Part shown: in pieces, positions 49,182-62,491 of the stretch
Position numbering within the stretch: the stretch's first letter is position 1
How the letters are laid out: each line of letters starts with the position of its first letter
From: Lingula anatina
Taxonomy: Eukaryota; Animalia; Brachiopoda
Length of the DNA stretch: 64,000 nucleotides
NCBI GenBank assembly: GCA_051362555.1
Contig: CM120644.1
Location: 21,722,534-21,786,533 of the forward strand
Direction of reading: 5' to 3'
Position numbers and translations under genes: made by a program
The notes under the pieces: model-generated
Database searches by the model: none
The model's input: the letters and a program-made list of their open reading frames with translations, nothing else
Told to the model about the DNA's origin: nothing

Positions 49182-50529
49182 TTAAAGATGCATTTGAAGT
49201 CGATCTTTTGCCACAAAAGCCAACCAAATGTTACCACATCCAAATAGTGTAATTTACAGGACTACCGAAAAACTTTGCTTAATGTTAAAGTGATATTTGA
49301 ACGGATTTTCTGCTTGCTTTCTGTGATTTTTAGGTTACCGAAGTAGTAAGATAAGATGTTGGGGCACGGTCTTTACAAGAATAAAGTAGGTTACTGGGTA
49401 GATAAGTAGGCAGTATGTTAGATAAGTAGCTATGTTAGATAAGATCCGTGAGATAAGCAGGTTATATTTACGACCAAAACTTATAGAAATTGCTGTTTAT
49501 AGCTCTTTTTGTCTGATCTTGTGATTAAATCGATTTATTCCTTGGTATGTTGACATTATTTGAGTCATTAGAAACTAATAGAAAGGGTGTAAATGCGTTA
49601 CTGGGAATTCACGCTCCACAAACGTTCCGTTCAAATGTACCTTTAAACTGAGTTTGCGTTCTGTTAACACGTCAAGTGGGAATAAAGCTGTACTACAAGT
49701 AACAAGGACTATGCCATTGAAAATGCTTATGTGTGAAAAGTGAAAATCCCCCCCCCCCCACACACACACACTAATTTGCGTAAATGTAAACTGATCATGC
49801 TCATTTTAGAAAGCAACCTGCCTCTTTACCAAACAAAGCCACTCAGTAAATTTACAAACAATGATAAATAAAATAAATATGTTTAGAAGTTAAGTTGTGC
49901 AAAAACACAGAATAATTATCGTAAATATAAACCAATCATCTCGATTTTCAGAAGCAATCTGCCTCTTTGCCAATTCAAGCAGAGCCACTCAGAAAAACTA
50001 AAGTAAAACAAAAGTACTGTATGGCAGTTATGGGCCGATCGTCATGTGTAGGACAGCGACGGCGACAGACAGACCAATCAGAATATAGACAGACACTTAT
50101 AGTGTCTGTAAATAAAAATTAAAGTCAACCAATCCCAGGAACAGCCCAAACCCCAGGCGCACGGAAAACCCAAAGAGCCCAAATAGTCCATCCTGATTAA
50201 ATATATAATTACATAAATGTCCTTCCTCAACCATTGTACATGTATAAGAGAAGATAGCAGAAATAACAAAGGCATTCCAAACTCCTGCTGCCTAAAAAAG
50301 TTAAGCAGTTCATTCTAGGTCTAACATTCAAAAAAAAAAAAAAAAAAATAAATAAATAAAATAAAAAAAGGACAGATATTTACCACAAACTCACAAACGC
50401 ACAAATAAACGCATGCGCACACGTTCACACGTCAGTTACGTAGCCAGTGTCATGTGGGGTGTTATATTAGCATTTTCATCACCAGCATGAAAGTAGTCGT
50501 TATCTCAATCGGCATATCACCTTGCCAAG

Positions 50530-52565
50530 ATGAAGTGGAACGTGTGTCGTACGGTGCTGGGATTTCTTTTCGTTGGTTTTTGCCTTTTTGTCATCGCATT
50601 GTACACGTACGTGGCAGGTAAGACCTTATTTCGCTCTCTCTTTCTCATGTTCTCCTACATAAAATCAAAATATTGTCTGTAAGAATGAATTTAAGTTTTC
50701 AAGTGTACAGCTGGAAAGCATAACCATCACGCGTCTGAAATACTCAATTTTATACTTATAAAGCGGCATTTAATGAATTCTAGGGCGTCTTAGGCGTGAT
50801 ACTACTCACCTTAAAGTTGAGGAAAAAGTAGATCAGCTCGAGGCGACTACGATACCTATACATGATATAATGGCAATGATGGGAAATGGACATAGTGAAA
50901 ATAATCAGGTAAGAAATATGTGTATGCACACATGCGTGATTAATACAAAACTGCAAAATATAATTTACTTCCTGCAGTTCACTTTGACATAAGGGAATTG
51001 CAAAACATTTGTCTCTGAATGCTACTTTCATACCATGAATCATCAATCTAGAACGAACATGTTGAATGTCGTGATCTATAACGATCTATCTCAAGTTCTA
51101 GAATATTCCATGTTTTCAAATAAACCATATTTTTCAATGAAAAAAGGAAACCGTGAATCCACTCGAAGCTCGCAGATTTTATGGATGGTTTTCACGCATT
51201 ATTTCACATAAAAATGTGCTATACGTTTTAAAAGTCGATGTTAACATTGTGAGAAAGGTTAGAGGAATACGTGTGTTTTGGAAATTTGCTGAATCATGGT
51301 ACAAGTTCATGGCCAAAATTTGCTATGCAGCCCGTGTGTATCTCGCAACTTGTACTGCAATCGGATGTCACACTACACTACATAGTGACAGTGGAATTAG
51401 CTTGTGATTTTAGACTGTATGCAATTATATTGTCGGTGTGTCGAGTGAATATATTCACTTAAAATTAGCTTCATCTGTAATATTCATCAAAATAACATGA
51501 ATCCATGTGTAAAGCTTTACATACTACTGGTATCTAACATAGCGACCAGCTGTGAATGTAGCTGCATACCGTGTAGCACTCAAGAAGATCATTTTAAGAA
51601 TATTACTGTTTGCACAACTTCAGGTATTATGTAGGTTTGTATATTCAAGCATATTTTAGATTTCAGTGATTTAATTAAAAAATGATAGTTTGATTATTTT
51701 AATTAATTGCACCGTTGTCTAGTAACAACAGCAAATAAAGAGAAAATACAATTCACATTCAGCAATGTTTTAATTTGCCTTTTTTGTATGTTTAGACCTA
51801 AAACTTGCTGGGTTTTTACCACAAAATAAGTCACTGTGTCCAAAACCTCACCAAACATAAAAAATTATTTTGTCCTACAGCAAATAACACAATTTAAAAT
51901 AAAATAATGATATATATATAGTGATATCATTATTTAAGATAGTTTGCGGCAACTAGTTTGCGGGAGTTTGCAAGATATGTTTGTATATTGCTGCTAATTT
52001 GCAGAAAATTTGAAATAACAATTTAAGTTTGCAGCAGGTTTGCAAGAAAGTCTTTATGTTCTGGCAAATTTGCGGCAAATAAGCAGCAAATTTGTAGAAA
52101 ACTTGAAGCGAATTTGCAAGAATTTGCCAGAACAAAGAATTTCTGCCAGAATTTTTGTGAATGAGCGAAAGAGTTTGCGATATGCGTGATATTTTGCTAA
52201 GGGAGAGTTCCTCGAGACGTTGGGGGATGTTAAACATTGTGTACAGCCAAGTGTAAAAACTATAATTAATCTAAACGATGTCAAGATGACCTCCTGGCTT
52301 TATGGACAAAGTATTCCAGCGTAAGGAGAACCATGATGTCAAAATTGAGATATTACGTGTGTTATTGTGGACACAATATCATTGTGAAGACATTCCCATT
52401 TTCCTAGAGTGAAATATTTATAACATTTTCGTGGGGCCTGATAATAATTGACACTAGTCGCTGAGAATGCTTAGATTTTTCTCCAGATAGTAATAAAAAA
52501 AATCGATTAAATACTCACCACAAACCTTTTCTTTGACCATTCGTGAACATGCAAACCACGAGTAG

Positions 52566-52601
<36 letters not shown>

Positions 52602-53687
52602 AAGAGAAAGAAAGGAGATTTATATTAAGACGCGCATATATTCTTTACGTTGTTAAACGTTAGATCAATCAAGTGTTAAAACTCGAGCCCATGAGTATGA
52701 AATCAAAATGTGTCAGCGTAAGGAGCACCATAATGTCAAATAATACATGTCGACTAACGGCAGTACTTTTTATTTCTTTCAGCAGAGCGGTTTGGATGAT
52801 GACGTCATTCCCGAAAAATGGCTAAAGGAAATACAAAGAAGAAAGAAACTTGTGTCCGAGGTATGCAAAAAGTATAAAACGGCAAAAATACCTTTAACAA
52901 AAGAATGGATTGAAAAAAATGGCCACCATCTTATCGTAGAAGACCAAGTTGGAAGCGCATATTGCTAGCATTGTCTGGTATTATAAACGATACTTCTATG
53001 GCTCATGGCAAAAAGGGGCTAAACCCAATGGATGCAGTTAAAAGATATTTGCATACGTTGGATACGCTGTCGTTTTCGGAAGCAAAACAAAAACTTAAGA
53101 CCCACTTGAAAGTTATGTATCTTAGGCACCCCTTAGAACGATTACTTTCAGCATATCGTAATAAGTTGGAAAGAGATCCTTGGACGCATCATAGCGTCTC
53201 GTCGCAAGTGTTTCCCTATGTTATGAAACACTATCGCGGTGTAGAACCCATTATTCCAGTCAGTGTTAGCCAAAGCCGTGGACGGATATCTGGTGTCTTT
53301 CCATCTGGAGAAGAGTTCAGTTTTCCTAAAGACGAACCGCCAAGTTGGGTACCAAAGATAACATTTGAAGAATTCCTTCGTTACGTTGGTGACAATCCAA
53401 ACTTTCTGAATGGTCATTGGGCGCCCCCAAACGATTTATGTCACCCATGCGTCATTCAATATGACGTCATAGGGTATTTTGGGACAATAAGCGAAGATGC
53501 AAACAACATTTTGAAACTAGTGCATGCGTACCCAGCATTCAAATTTCCAAATATGTACCTTAATCCAGAAACAACGTCTAATTTGGTGAATAGATATTAT
53601 TCAAATGTATCAAAATCGACGTTGCAGAAAATTCGTCCAATTTACGCACTTGATGCAGCAATGTCGGCTGCTAATTTACGTATTTAG
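50530..53687 (+). pseudogene. Sulfotransferase copy 6, frameshifted (exons 50530-50617, 50784-50908, 52783-53687)
   Basis: Exon 3 is 905 nt instead of 948: a 43-bp deletion after 52947 removes YKIIYCRVPKSGNT and gives a stop at 52968. Confidence 0.88.
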
Positions 53688-54663
53688 TTAAAGATGCATT
53701 TGAAGTCGATCTTTTGCCACAAAAGCCAACCAAATGTTACCACATCCAAATAGTGTAATTTACAGGACTACCAAAATACATTGCTTAATGTTAAAGTGAT
53801 ATTTGAACGGATTTTCTGCTTGCTTTCTGTGATTTTTAGGTTACCCAAGTAGTAAGATAAGATGTTGGGGCACGGTCTTTACAAGAATAAAGTAGGTTAC
53901 TGGATAGATAAGTAGGCAGTATGTTAGATAAGATCAGTAAGATATATTTACGATCAAAACTTATAGAGATTGCAGTTTATAGCCCTTTTTTGTCTGATCT
54001 TGTGATTAAATCGATTTATTCCTTGGTATGTTGACATTATTTTGAGTCATTAGAAACTATGCCTGCACTTACGACTGCTATGTCATTTCGCTAGCTTTTT
54101 TGTTAATTTTTTTGCTTAATTATAAAATGCTAACGACATATTCGCCCCCAAATTTTAGTAAAATGCTAGAGTTTGTACTGGGCTTCAGGTCCCTTGGAGG
54201 TCTATGTCTTACACTGAAAATGACAATATTAAAAATATGTTAACTTGAAGATGAATATCTAATCAGTCTGCTTTGCTAGTCGGGCTCTATTTTTGTCGGA
54301 GTATTACAAGAAACACGATTTTCCTATCAGTATGTTGAAGAAAACTCACAAAATAATGTTGCTGCCAATTTGATGCAATGTAATTGCAATGTAATTGTTC
54401 CAAATACCATTCAAGTTTATCTACAATTGTATGTACCGGTATTACAGGTAGCATAGACATTCAGAAAACATCTCGTGAGACTAGATAACATTTTAAGTTT
54501 ACAGGTAATATGTCATCAAGACATGTTATGTACAACTGGGTATTAATTGGTGGTGGGTAGGTAAGGCAATTAGAACTCAAGAACTTCGGGAAGTGGGAAT
54601 AAAGTTGTACTACAAGTAACAAGGACTATGCCATTGAATATGCTTATGTGTGAAAATTGAAAA

Positions 54664-54703
<40 letters not shown>

Positions 54704-57700
54704 CTTAGCGTATATGTAAACTGATCATGCTAATTTTCGAAAACAAACTGCCTCTTTACCAAACAAAGCCACTCAATAAATTTATTTAAAAAATAAATAA
54801 ATAGGTTTAGAAGTTATGCAAAAACCCGTAAATATAAACCAATCATGTCGATTCTCGAAAGCAACCTGCCTCTTTACCAATTCAAGCAGAGCCACTCAGA
54901 AAATTTAAAGTAAAACAAAAGTACGGTTTGGCAGTTATGGGACGATCGTCATGTGTAGGACAACAACGGCGACAGCGACGTCTCGGCCAGACAGACCTAT
55001 CAGAATATAGACAGACACTTACAATGTCTGTACATAAAAATTAAAATCAACCAATCCCAGGAACAGCCCAACCCCCATGTGCACGGAAAACCCAAATAGC
55101 CCAAGCAGTACATTTTGACTAGAGGGTGAGAGAGGTGATAGGGATGACAGGGGCTAGTTGGCCCAGTTAGATAATTTTGGCCTTGTAGAACTAATTAGGC
55201 ATGGTTAGAGTAACTAAACCGGTTTATAAGTAAGCCCTATGAACTAAGCTACGTATGCAACGTCATTATTTTTCAAATACAGACTTGACATTTAATATGG
55301 AATATTTTTTTCCAAATTGCTTTTCATCAGTTTTTTTTTCCTATTTTGCTGACTGATAAATGAAAATAAGGATTAAAATCGCGTTTTAATAACTTTTATT
55401 TATATCTTTGATGTCATTGTGACATCAGTTCATCTATTGAATTCGCCAGTGAAGCAAACAAAAATGCATCGCTTATTTTAGGTCATACGACAACCATTGA
55501 AAGCGATGTTTTAGATCTCTATATTTTCCAAATTATCGTCTTTAAAAGAGTTATACGCCCCACAAAGAACCCTCATGTCAGTGTCTTGTCTCAGCAACGG
55601 TGGCTGTTACACCTGACCTTATCTGGCTGCTACCAGAGCTTTCAAGCGGCAAGGCATTCCTTAGGATAGGTTTTTAGAGTTTTATCTGGAAAAAAAATTC
55701 CAGGCAACGGTCAAAACTTGTCCAGTGTGGTTCAGTTTTGTTGTAGGACATGCAGGCCGTTGATTCGGAGAGTAATAACCTACCCAAGTATTGTCTGTGT
55801 GGTTCAAATATGGCGATTTTGATGACCAATGTATCTGCTCAATCCCTTGGCTCTGTAAGTTATCTGCTATTAAAAGTGATCTGTGTGAACGGGCAATCTC
55901 ATCGTATAACCTAAAATTGTTCCTACGGTACCCCCTATCAAATGATAGTCAAATGGTTCCCACATTATTCCTTTATTTCATCTGGTTTAGGTTTTCATCA
56001 ATGACTATCATTCGTGTTTTGGCACCAATGTTGTATTCACTCCAAATACTGACGCTGTCAATGACCTACATTGGCCGTGGTCTCTGTGTAGGTACATCAG
56101 TCTGGGCATAACTCCATAAAACTGTGCAGACCATTCCCTTTGACACAATAATCTGTCTGGTAATATCTGTCTTTTTCGTGCCACTCTGGCACAGATTAAC
56201 AATTTTGTAAAACATTGTTTTACTCATTTTACGAACTGCAAAACTGACCGCTTGCATGCAAAATTTCAAAATTTTCTATGCAGTAGTTACCGACATATGG
56301 ATACTTTTTTTAACAGGATCATGCTTCGCCAAAGCCAAGCTTTGGCAAGCCCAAAGGAGCACTACCCAATTAAATCACTGCATATTACACAATGCAGCAG
56401 TGCACCAGTCTTAGTAGTCAGTTAATTGGTAGCGACACACCTGACTTCACACTTCTCCAGTCAGATGTTTTATGTGAGATCTGACTTTTATGAAAAAAGA
56501 ACGCATTTTTACCAAGGTATACCTTTGAAACTGAAATATTTCATATTAAATGTCAAGTCTGTATAATGCTTGATGGCTCACAATTTGACAAATAACGCAA
56601 TTGGCGTCAGGGGGGCCAAATTGTTAGTTGCCAGTTCTAAAGGGACGAAAAAGTTGTGCACATAAGTTCATGCTGTCAGTACACAAATTTACCACAGAAA
56701 CACGTGCCAAACTAACACTTTGTCTTTATCCATGCTCTCAAAATATAAAAGCATTGTCAATACTTCGTAGAAAGGTAAAAAAGTCATGAATACATATGCT
56801 GCACATTACCAAATCTATATTAAGGTTATTTTATGCATTTTGTTGGTATACCAATCAATAAAACAAATAATAAACAAACAGTGTGTCTTTATTTGTGCTC
56901 TCAGAATATTAAAGCATTATGAACACTTCACAGAAATGTTTAAAAGTCATGCAAAGAAATGCTTAATAATACCAAATCTATTAAAGGTCATTTCGGTCAA
57001 TGCCGTTTTGTCTACTTTGACTTGCAGGAAGCAGCCAAACTGTCGGGTGGCCTATCCGACCTTCAGCCCACCAAATACCTCGACGCCCTTGTCGTCCCTG
57101 TTTCCGCTACAAAAAACATGTGCTGCTTTGGACAGTATATCACTGAAATTTTTCGGGCGATAATCGCGGCCGCCGCCAGCCTTTAGTATAATTATAGAAA
57201 GGTGATATCTCCATGCCCAATATCAATGGCATACCAATCCCAAACGACGGCCTCCTTCCTCTTTATGACTTTAATTGTCGTGTAACTTGACAGTTATCCT
57301 AGAGATGAATTTGACGGCAAAGCAGCCAATTTCCACGTGGCGATAATACGCATGCGCAGAAAGCTCATTTTCCGACAAAATTCAATAAGGACGTTTGCGA
57401 CAACCGACTTCATTGGGGTGAGTTTTTTTTTTCTTTCGGAGAGCGGACGAAAATCGGTGCGCGCGCAGGATGTCACTCATAAAAATAAATTGTGTGGCCT
57501 TATGGTGAAAAGTACCTTGTAGCTATTTAAAACCGGTCTCTTTAATAGCCTACGCTGTCCACATCTTACGTGCTATTGCGCAAGCCCCCGACAGTGACAA
57601 TGATAGGGGGGTTACGATGGGCAGCGCAGGTCACTCACAACGACGGGTACTGTTAAGCCAGTCATTTAGCCTTTAACTTGACTAAACATGTTTTGCTTTG

Positions 57701-58421
57701 TATCAAGCGTCCTTCAGTCTTGCTGTTGCGGAAGCCCCGGCGGGAAATATCTGAACCATGCCGATATTCATCCTGACTTTCGACTTTAAAAGTTTTATTG
57801 TTTTTTTTTTAATCAAAGTCTTATTACATGTGAAAATAGTCATGTTTTCATACGTTAAGAAAATGATAGGAATTGTAGAAAAAGCGACTCATACATCAGG
57901 GGTAGAAAATAAGAGCTTGCAGCACTATAATCCATATTATTCATCACCAAAAGTCTCCGCTTCACTTTTTTCTCCCAAATTACAACGATCTGTTGACAAC
58001 TGAAAGGTGTTAGCCATACCTCAGGGCAGTGGGAGATAATGGCCGTGGTTTGAATTTGATTAAAACTGATAAAAATATATTTTGAAGGCATTTTCTAGCT
58101 TCGAGTTCCTGTCAGCACTGTCATGGTTTATATAAGCTTTTAAAATGATGATAATGTGACTTTCGGTCAGCCATTTATAGAATTTTTTTCCACAATTCCT
58201 TTGGTTTGGTAGATATTTTGCATTTTCAAATGCTAAATATCTACCAAAATTAAAATTTTGCCAATTTTGGACAAGGGTGCATTGCGACGAGCGACACACT
58301 TATACCCAAGTACCGACAAAGCCCAAAATTCACATGGATCAAGTTGAGATTATATGTGACCTACATACAAGGGATGGAAATAGGGTCTGTTGTACATGTT
58401 GTTTAGGAGGCGAAGCGGTAG

Positions 58422-59220
58422 GTTAGTAAGTAAGTAAGTTTATTAAGACATGGCAACCAAAATGGAGTGAGAATAAAATATACAAATTTACAAATTAAAA
58501 TATTGATATATAATATAGGATATGCGAATAGAACTTAATGAGATTTAAAAAATAAATAAATAAATAAAATAAATTTTTGCACAGGCATCTGAAAGTTAGT
58601 TTAAAAGAGGATTGAGTAATGAAAATTAAATACAATAAAGGCCAAAATGAGTTTCAAAAGTAAAACTCGGACCACTAATGGTTTAATAAAGAGAAAGGAA
58701 TAAAAGTGTTTTTAAAACGCTCAGTTCTAATTTTTGGTATGCTAAACTTTGACAGGCTATTTCTTAGTCTCCTGTGTGGATTGCAGGTTAAAAGGTAGTT
58801 CAGCTTGTCTGTGTCATTTTGTATTTTTGCAAAAAAAAAAAAAAAAAAAAAAAAACATTTGCAGAGTTCAAAACTGGGCTCTTATAATGTAATACGTTTT
58901 GCTTTGGCTAGACCATCAACATAAATTAATTCAGGGGAAATTATCCTTAGTGCCCTTGACTGGATGGATTCTATTATTTTACATTGTTCTCCAGTTAATC
59001 CAGGGTGCCACACAGGACAAGCATATTCAACCACAGTCCGAATTAAACTCTGATATACCTGAAAATGATCAGATGAGGACAGTTTAGCACGTTTTTTGCA
59101 TGCTTTTTTATAGATAAAATCAACATGTTCAGACCATTTAAGATTGTTAGTAATAAAAACTCCCAACAGTTTGAAATGGGATACTTCACTGACACGAGTT
59201 CTTCTAATATTAACTGATTG
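58422..59220 (-). mobile_element. CR1-group LINE 3' fragment (duplicate of 36855-37660)
   Basis: FKLLGVFITNNLKWSEHV, VEYACPVWHP, IESIQSRALRII; minus-strand AATAAACTTACTTACTTACT tail. Confidence 0.8.
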
Positions 59221-59715
59221 ACATTTTCTCTGTGATTGTGTAAACGTGGTGACGTGGCAACGGAGCCGGCAGACGATACCGGTCGGGGCTAAAACCATGT
59301 GTACTGCCAGCGACGCGCTGACGGTACAAATTATATAATTCTATAAATTTCCTCACTCTCAACCATGGTACATGTATAAGAGGAGGTAGCAGAAATTACA
59401 AAGACATTCCAAACTCCTACTGCCTAAAAAAGTAAAGCAGTTCATTCTAGGTCTATCATTTATCTACAAAAAATAAATATATATAAAAAATAAATAAAAA
59501 TAAAATAAAAATAAAAATAATTGAAAATTTATAAAATAAAACACCTCTACCGCAGGACATATATTTACCACAAACTCACAAACGCACAAATAAACGCATG
59601 CGCACACGTTCATACGTCTGTTACGCAACCTGTGTCATGTGGGATGTTATAACTGCATATTGCATCACCAGCATGCAGGTAGTCGATATTTTGATCGGCA
59701 TATCACCTTGCCAAG

Positions 59716-60092
59716 ATGAAGTGGAGTGTGTGTCGTACGATGCTGAGATTTCTTTTCGTTGGTTTTTGCCTTTTTGTCATCGCATTGTACATGTACGTGG
59801 CAGGTAAGACCTTCTTTCGCCTTCTTTTTCTCATGTTCTCCTACATAAAATCAAAATATTGTCTGTAAGAATGAATTGAAGTTTTCAAGTGTACAGGTGG
59901 AAAGCATAATCATCACGCGTCTGAAATATTCAATTTTATACTCCAAGCTGCATTTAATGAATTCTAGGGCGTCTTAGGCGTGATACTACTCACCTTAAGG
60001 TTGAGGAAAAGGTAGACGAGCTCGAAGCGACTACAATACCTATACAAGATATAATGGCAATGATGGGAAATGGACATAGTGAAAATGATCAG
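59716..60092 (+). CDS. Sulfotransferase copy 7, coding exons 1 (59716-59803) and 2 (59968-60092); exon 3 expected beyond the window
   Basis: MKWSVCRTMLRFLFVGFCLFVIALYMYVA, G|gtaag; ttctag|GG...GATCAG|gtaag. Confidence 0.82.
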
Positions 60093-62081
60093 GTAAGAAA
60101 TCAGTGTATGCACCAAATATGGTAAGTTTTGTACATGGTCACATAACAGATAAGAAATGTGAGAGATATTTTTTTAAAGATCTGTATTAAGACTGGTAAT
60201 GGTATGAAAGCAAATCCCTCAAGTTTTACTGGAAAAAATATCTTTGTTAATATTGACAAACTAAATTGAAAGATAATAAAAAATAATAAAAAGTACACAA
60301 TGAAACAACACATGCATGATTCATAAAACCTGATGTACGAAAAAAAAAAAAAAAAAAAAAAAAACTCATGTACAATATACAAACTATATGACAATCTATG
60401 TACCAGTACAGAAATAAATTGAAATTGAAAATAATTGTTAATACTGACAAACTATATTGAAAGATAATAAAAAATAATAAAAAGTACACAGTGAAGCAAC
60501 ACATGCATGGTTCATAAAAACCTGATGTTTGAAAAAAAAGTGATGTACAATATGCAAACTATATTTTACTACACGCAGTTCATTTTGATATTGCAAAATA
60601 TTTTTCTCTGTATGCTACTTTCATAGCATGAATCTAGAACTACAAAATATTTTTCTCTGTATGCTACTTTCATAGCATCAATCTAGAACGAACATGTTGT
60701 ATGTCATGAACTACAACTTTTTCTCTCAAGATCTAGATTATTCCATTTTCTCAAATAAACCGTACTTTGAAATGAAAAAAGTAAACCATGAAAAAGCTGG
60801 CAGATTTTATGGAGGGTTCACACTCATTGTTTCACATAAAAATACGCTTTAGGTTTTAAAAATCGATGTTCACATTGTGAGATAGGTTAGAGGAATATAG
60901 ATCATTTGTATTTTTAACAACAGTTGCTCAAAAACATCTAATTAAACCCATATAATTTGTTGCAAGCATCATTACTTCATAAATTCAAACTGCAGATTAA
61001 AAATTCATCCCTACACATGCAAAAGAATAATCAAACGCCATTACATTACTCACTTTCTGTGGATTTTAATGGGATTTTAATATGGCCTCTTTTGAATACA
61101 GATTGTGTTAAATACAAAAAAGCTCATAATTACCCATGTTACAATCAATTCCGAATTTTCACACTCATTTCTTTTGTGTGCCTAGTATCCAGTTATTCAT
61201 GTCAGTAGAGGGAGTGCTCCCCACGTGCACGATAGAGAACTGGCAGCAGGACATTCCGTCTTAAAGTGCCACCAATCTTTGCTTTGGGATTCATAGCAGG
61301 GCTTTTGGTGGGTTGGATTATGAGTAGAATGTTGTTGTCGTTTATAAAATCTCTTACCAAGCGATTACCAAGCGAAAGTTACCCTAGAATATTGCACGTG
61401 CAAATAGAATCTAATGGTTTTGTGAGATATTTCTGTACGCCACAGCTTTAAAGTTTTCTTCCAGAAGAACCGATTGGCTGGCCCCAGTAGAACAAAAACA
61501 CCACAAACATGGACAGAACCCCCCTCTGCAGCCTTATTTCTTGTACATTTTGTAACATATGTCCTCCAGTGAGACGACACCGGCAGACGGCACCGGTGTG
61601 AAAGGAATGCATGTCCCCGAGGAAAACATGTCCTGTGAACGAGCGTTCCCTGGGATGTACTGTCCTACCCGGACCTAGATTCTCATCTGTATTTATATGC
61701 AGTTAGGCCATGTATTCCTGTCGGACATAATTTCCTTTCACATAAACACAGAAACGCATGTCCTACATAATTAATGTCCGTGGCCGAATTTCATTGGTAA
61801 GTGGACGCATAAGGGCATATGCTTTCTAGTTTCACCTAAAAATACAAATAATTAAAATGGGAAATGCGGGATCCATATGAAAGGCAAAATTGCGCTCAGA
61901 AGAATGTTAAGACAAATAGTAAAAATACATGTATAAACAATAACAGACGCATTCAATTAATCTATCATATAATTATACACGTTTCATTTACGGTCTCAAA
62001 GTGCATATGATGTCTCTGTAACCACAAATATTCCCAGTGATCATCAAGACGCCAAGTATGAAATGATTAATTGTCACTCGA

Positions 62082-62157
<76 letters not shown>

Positions 62158-62491
62158 AGTTCCAGGACACCTTGAATGTCACCAAGAAATGTCCAACTAG
62201 TACTTGTAAGTGTGTATATCACAAAAGGGTGGTTATTTTACACACTCGTTTTTCACCGACAAAACTGTAAGACGTATAATGTGATGCGTATAAAGGACAA
62301 AAAACATTGGTTAGAAATGGGCAAAATCCAAAGCTGTGTAGTCCATATATACAGTTGTATGTGGATGGACGATTAACAACAATTAAGGCATTAATGTGAT
62401 GTGGAGACCGAGATATTTCATAAGGTACAGTGAATGGTGCGAATCTCATATTTTTCACATTAATAGGAAATACAATGAAAATCTATATATA

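Larger units (their letters stand above)
44568..53687 (+). repeat. Two near-identical tandem 4.5-4.6-kb gene units (44568-49181 and 49182-53687)
   Basis: Nearly base-for-base collinear including introns; differences are scattered SNPs, microsatellite lengths and the 43-bp exon deletion. Confidence 0.95.

Noticed and set aside
52962-53687. 241-aa ORF as a separate gene
   Set aside because: It is the downstream frame of frameshifted copy 6; TTG start, no anchor, no 5'-PSB.
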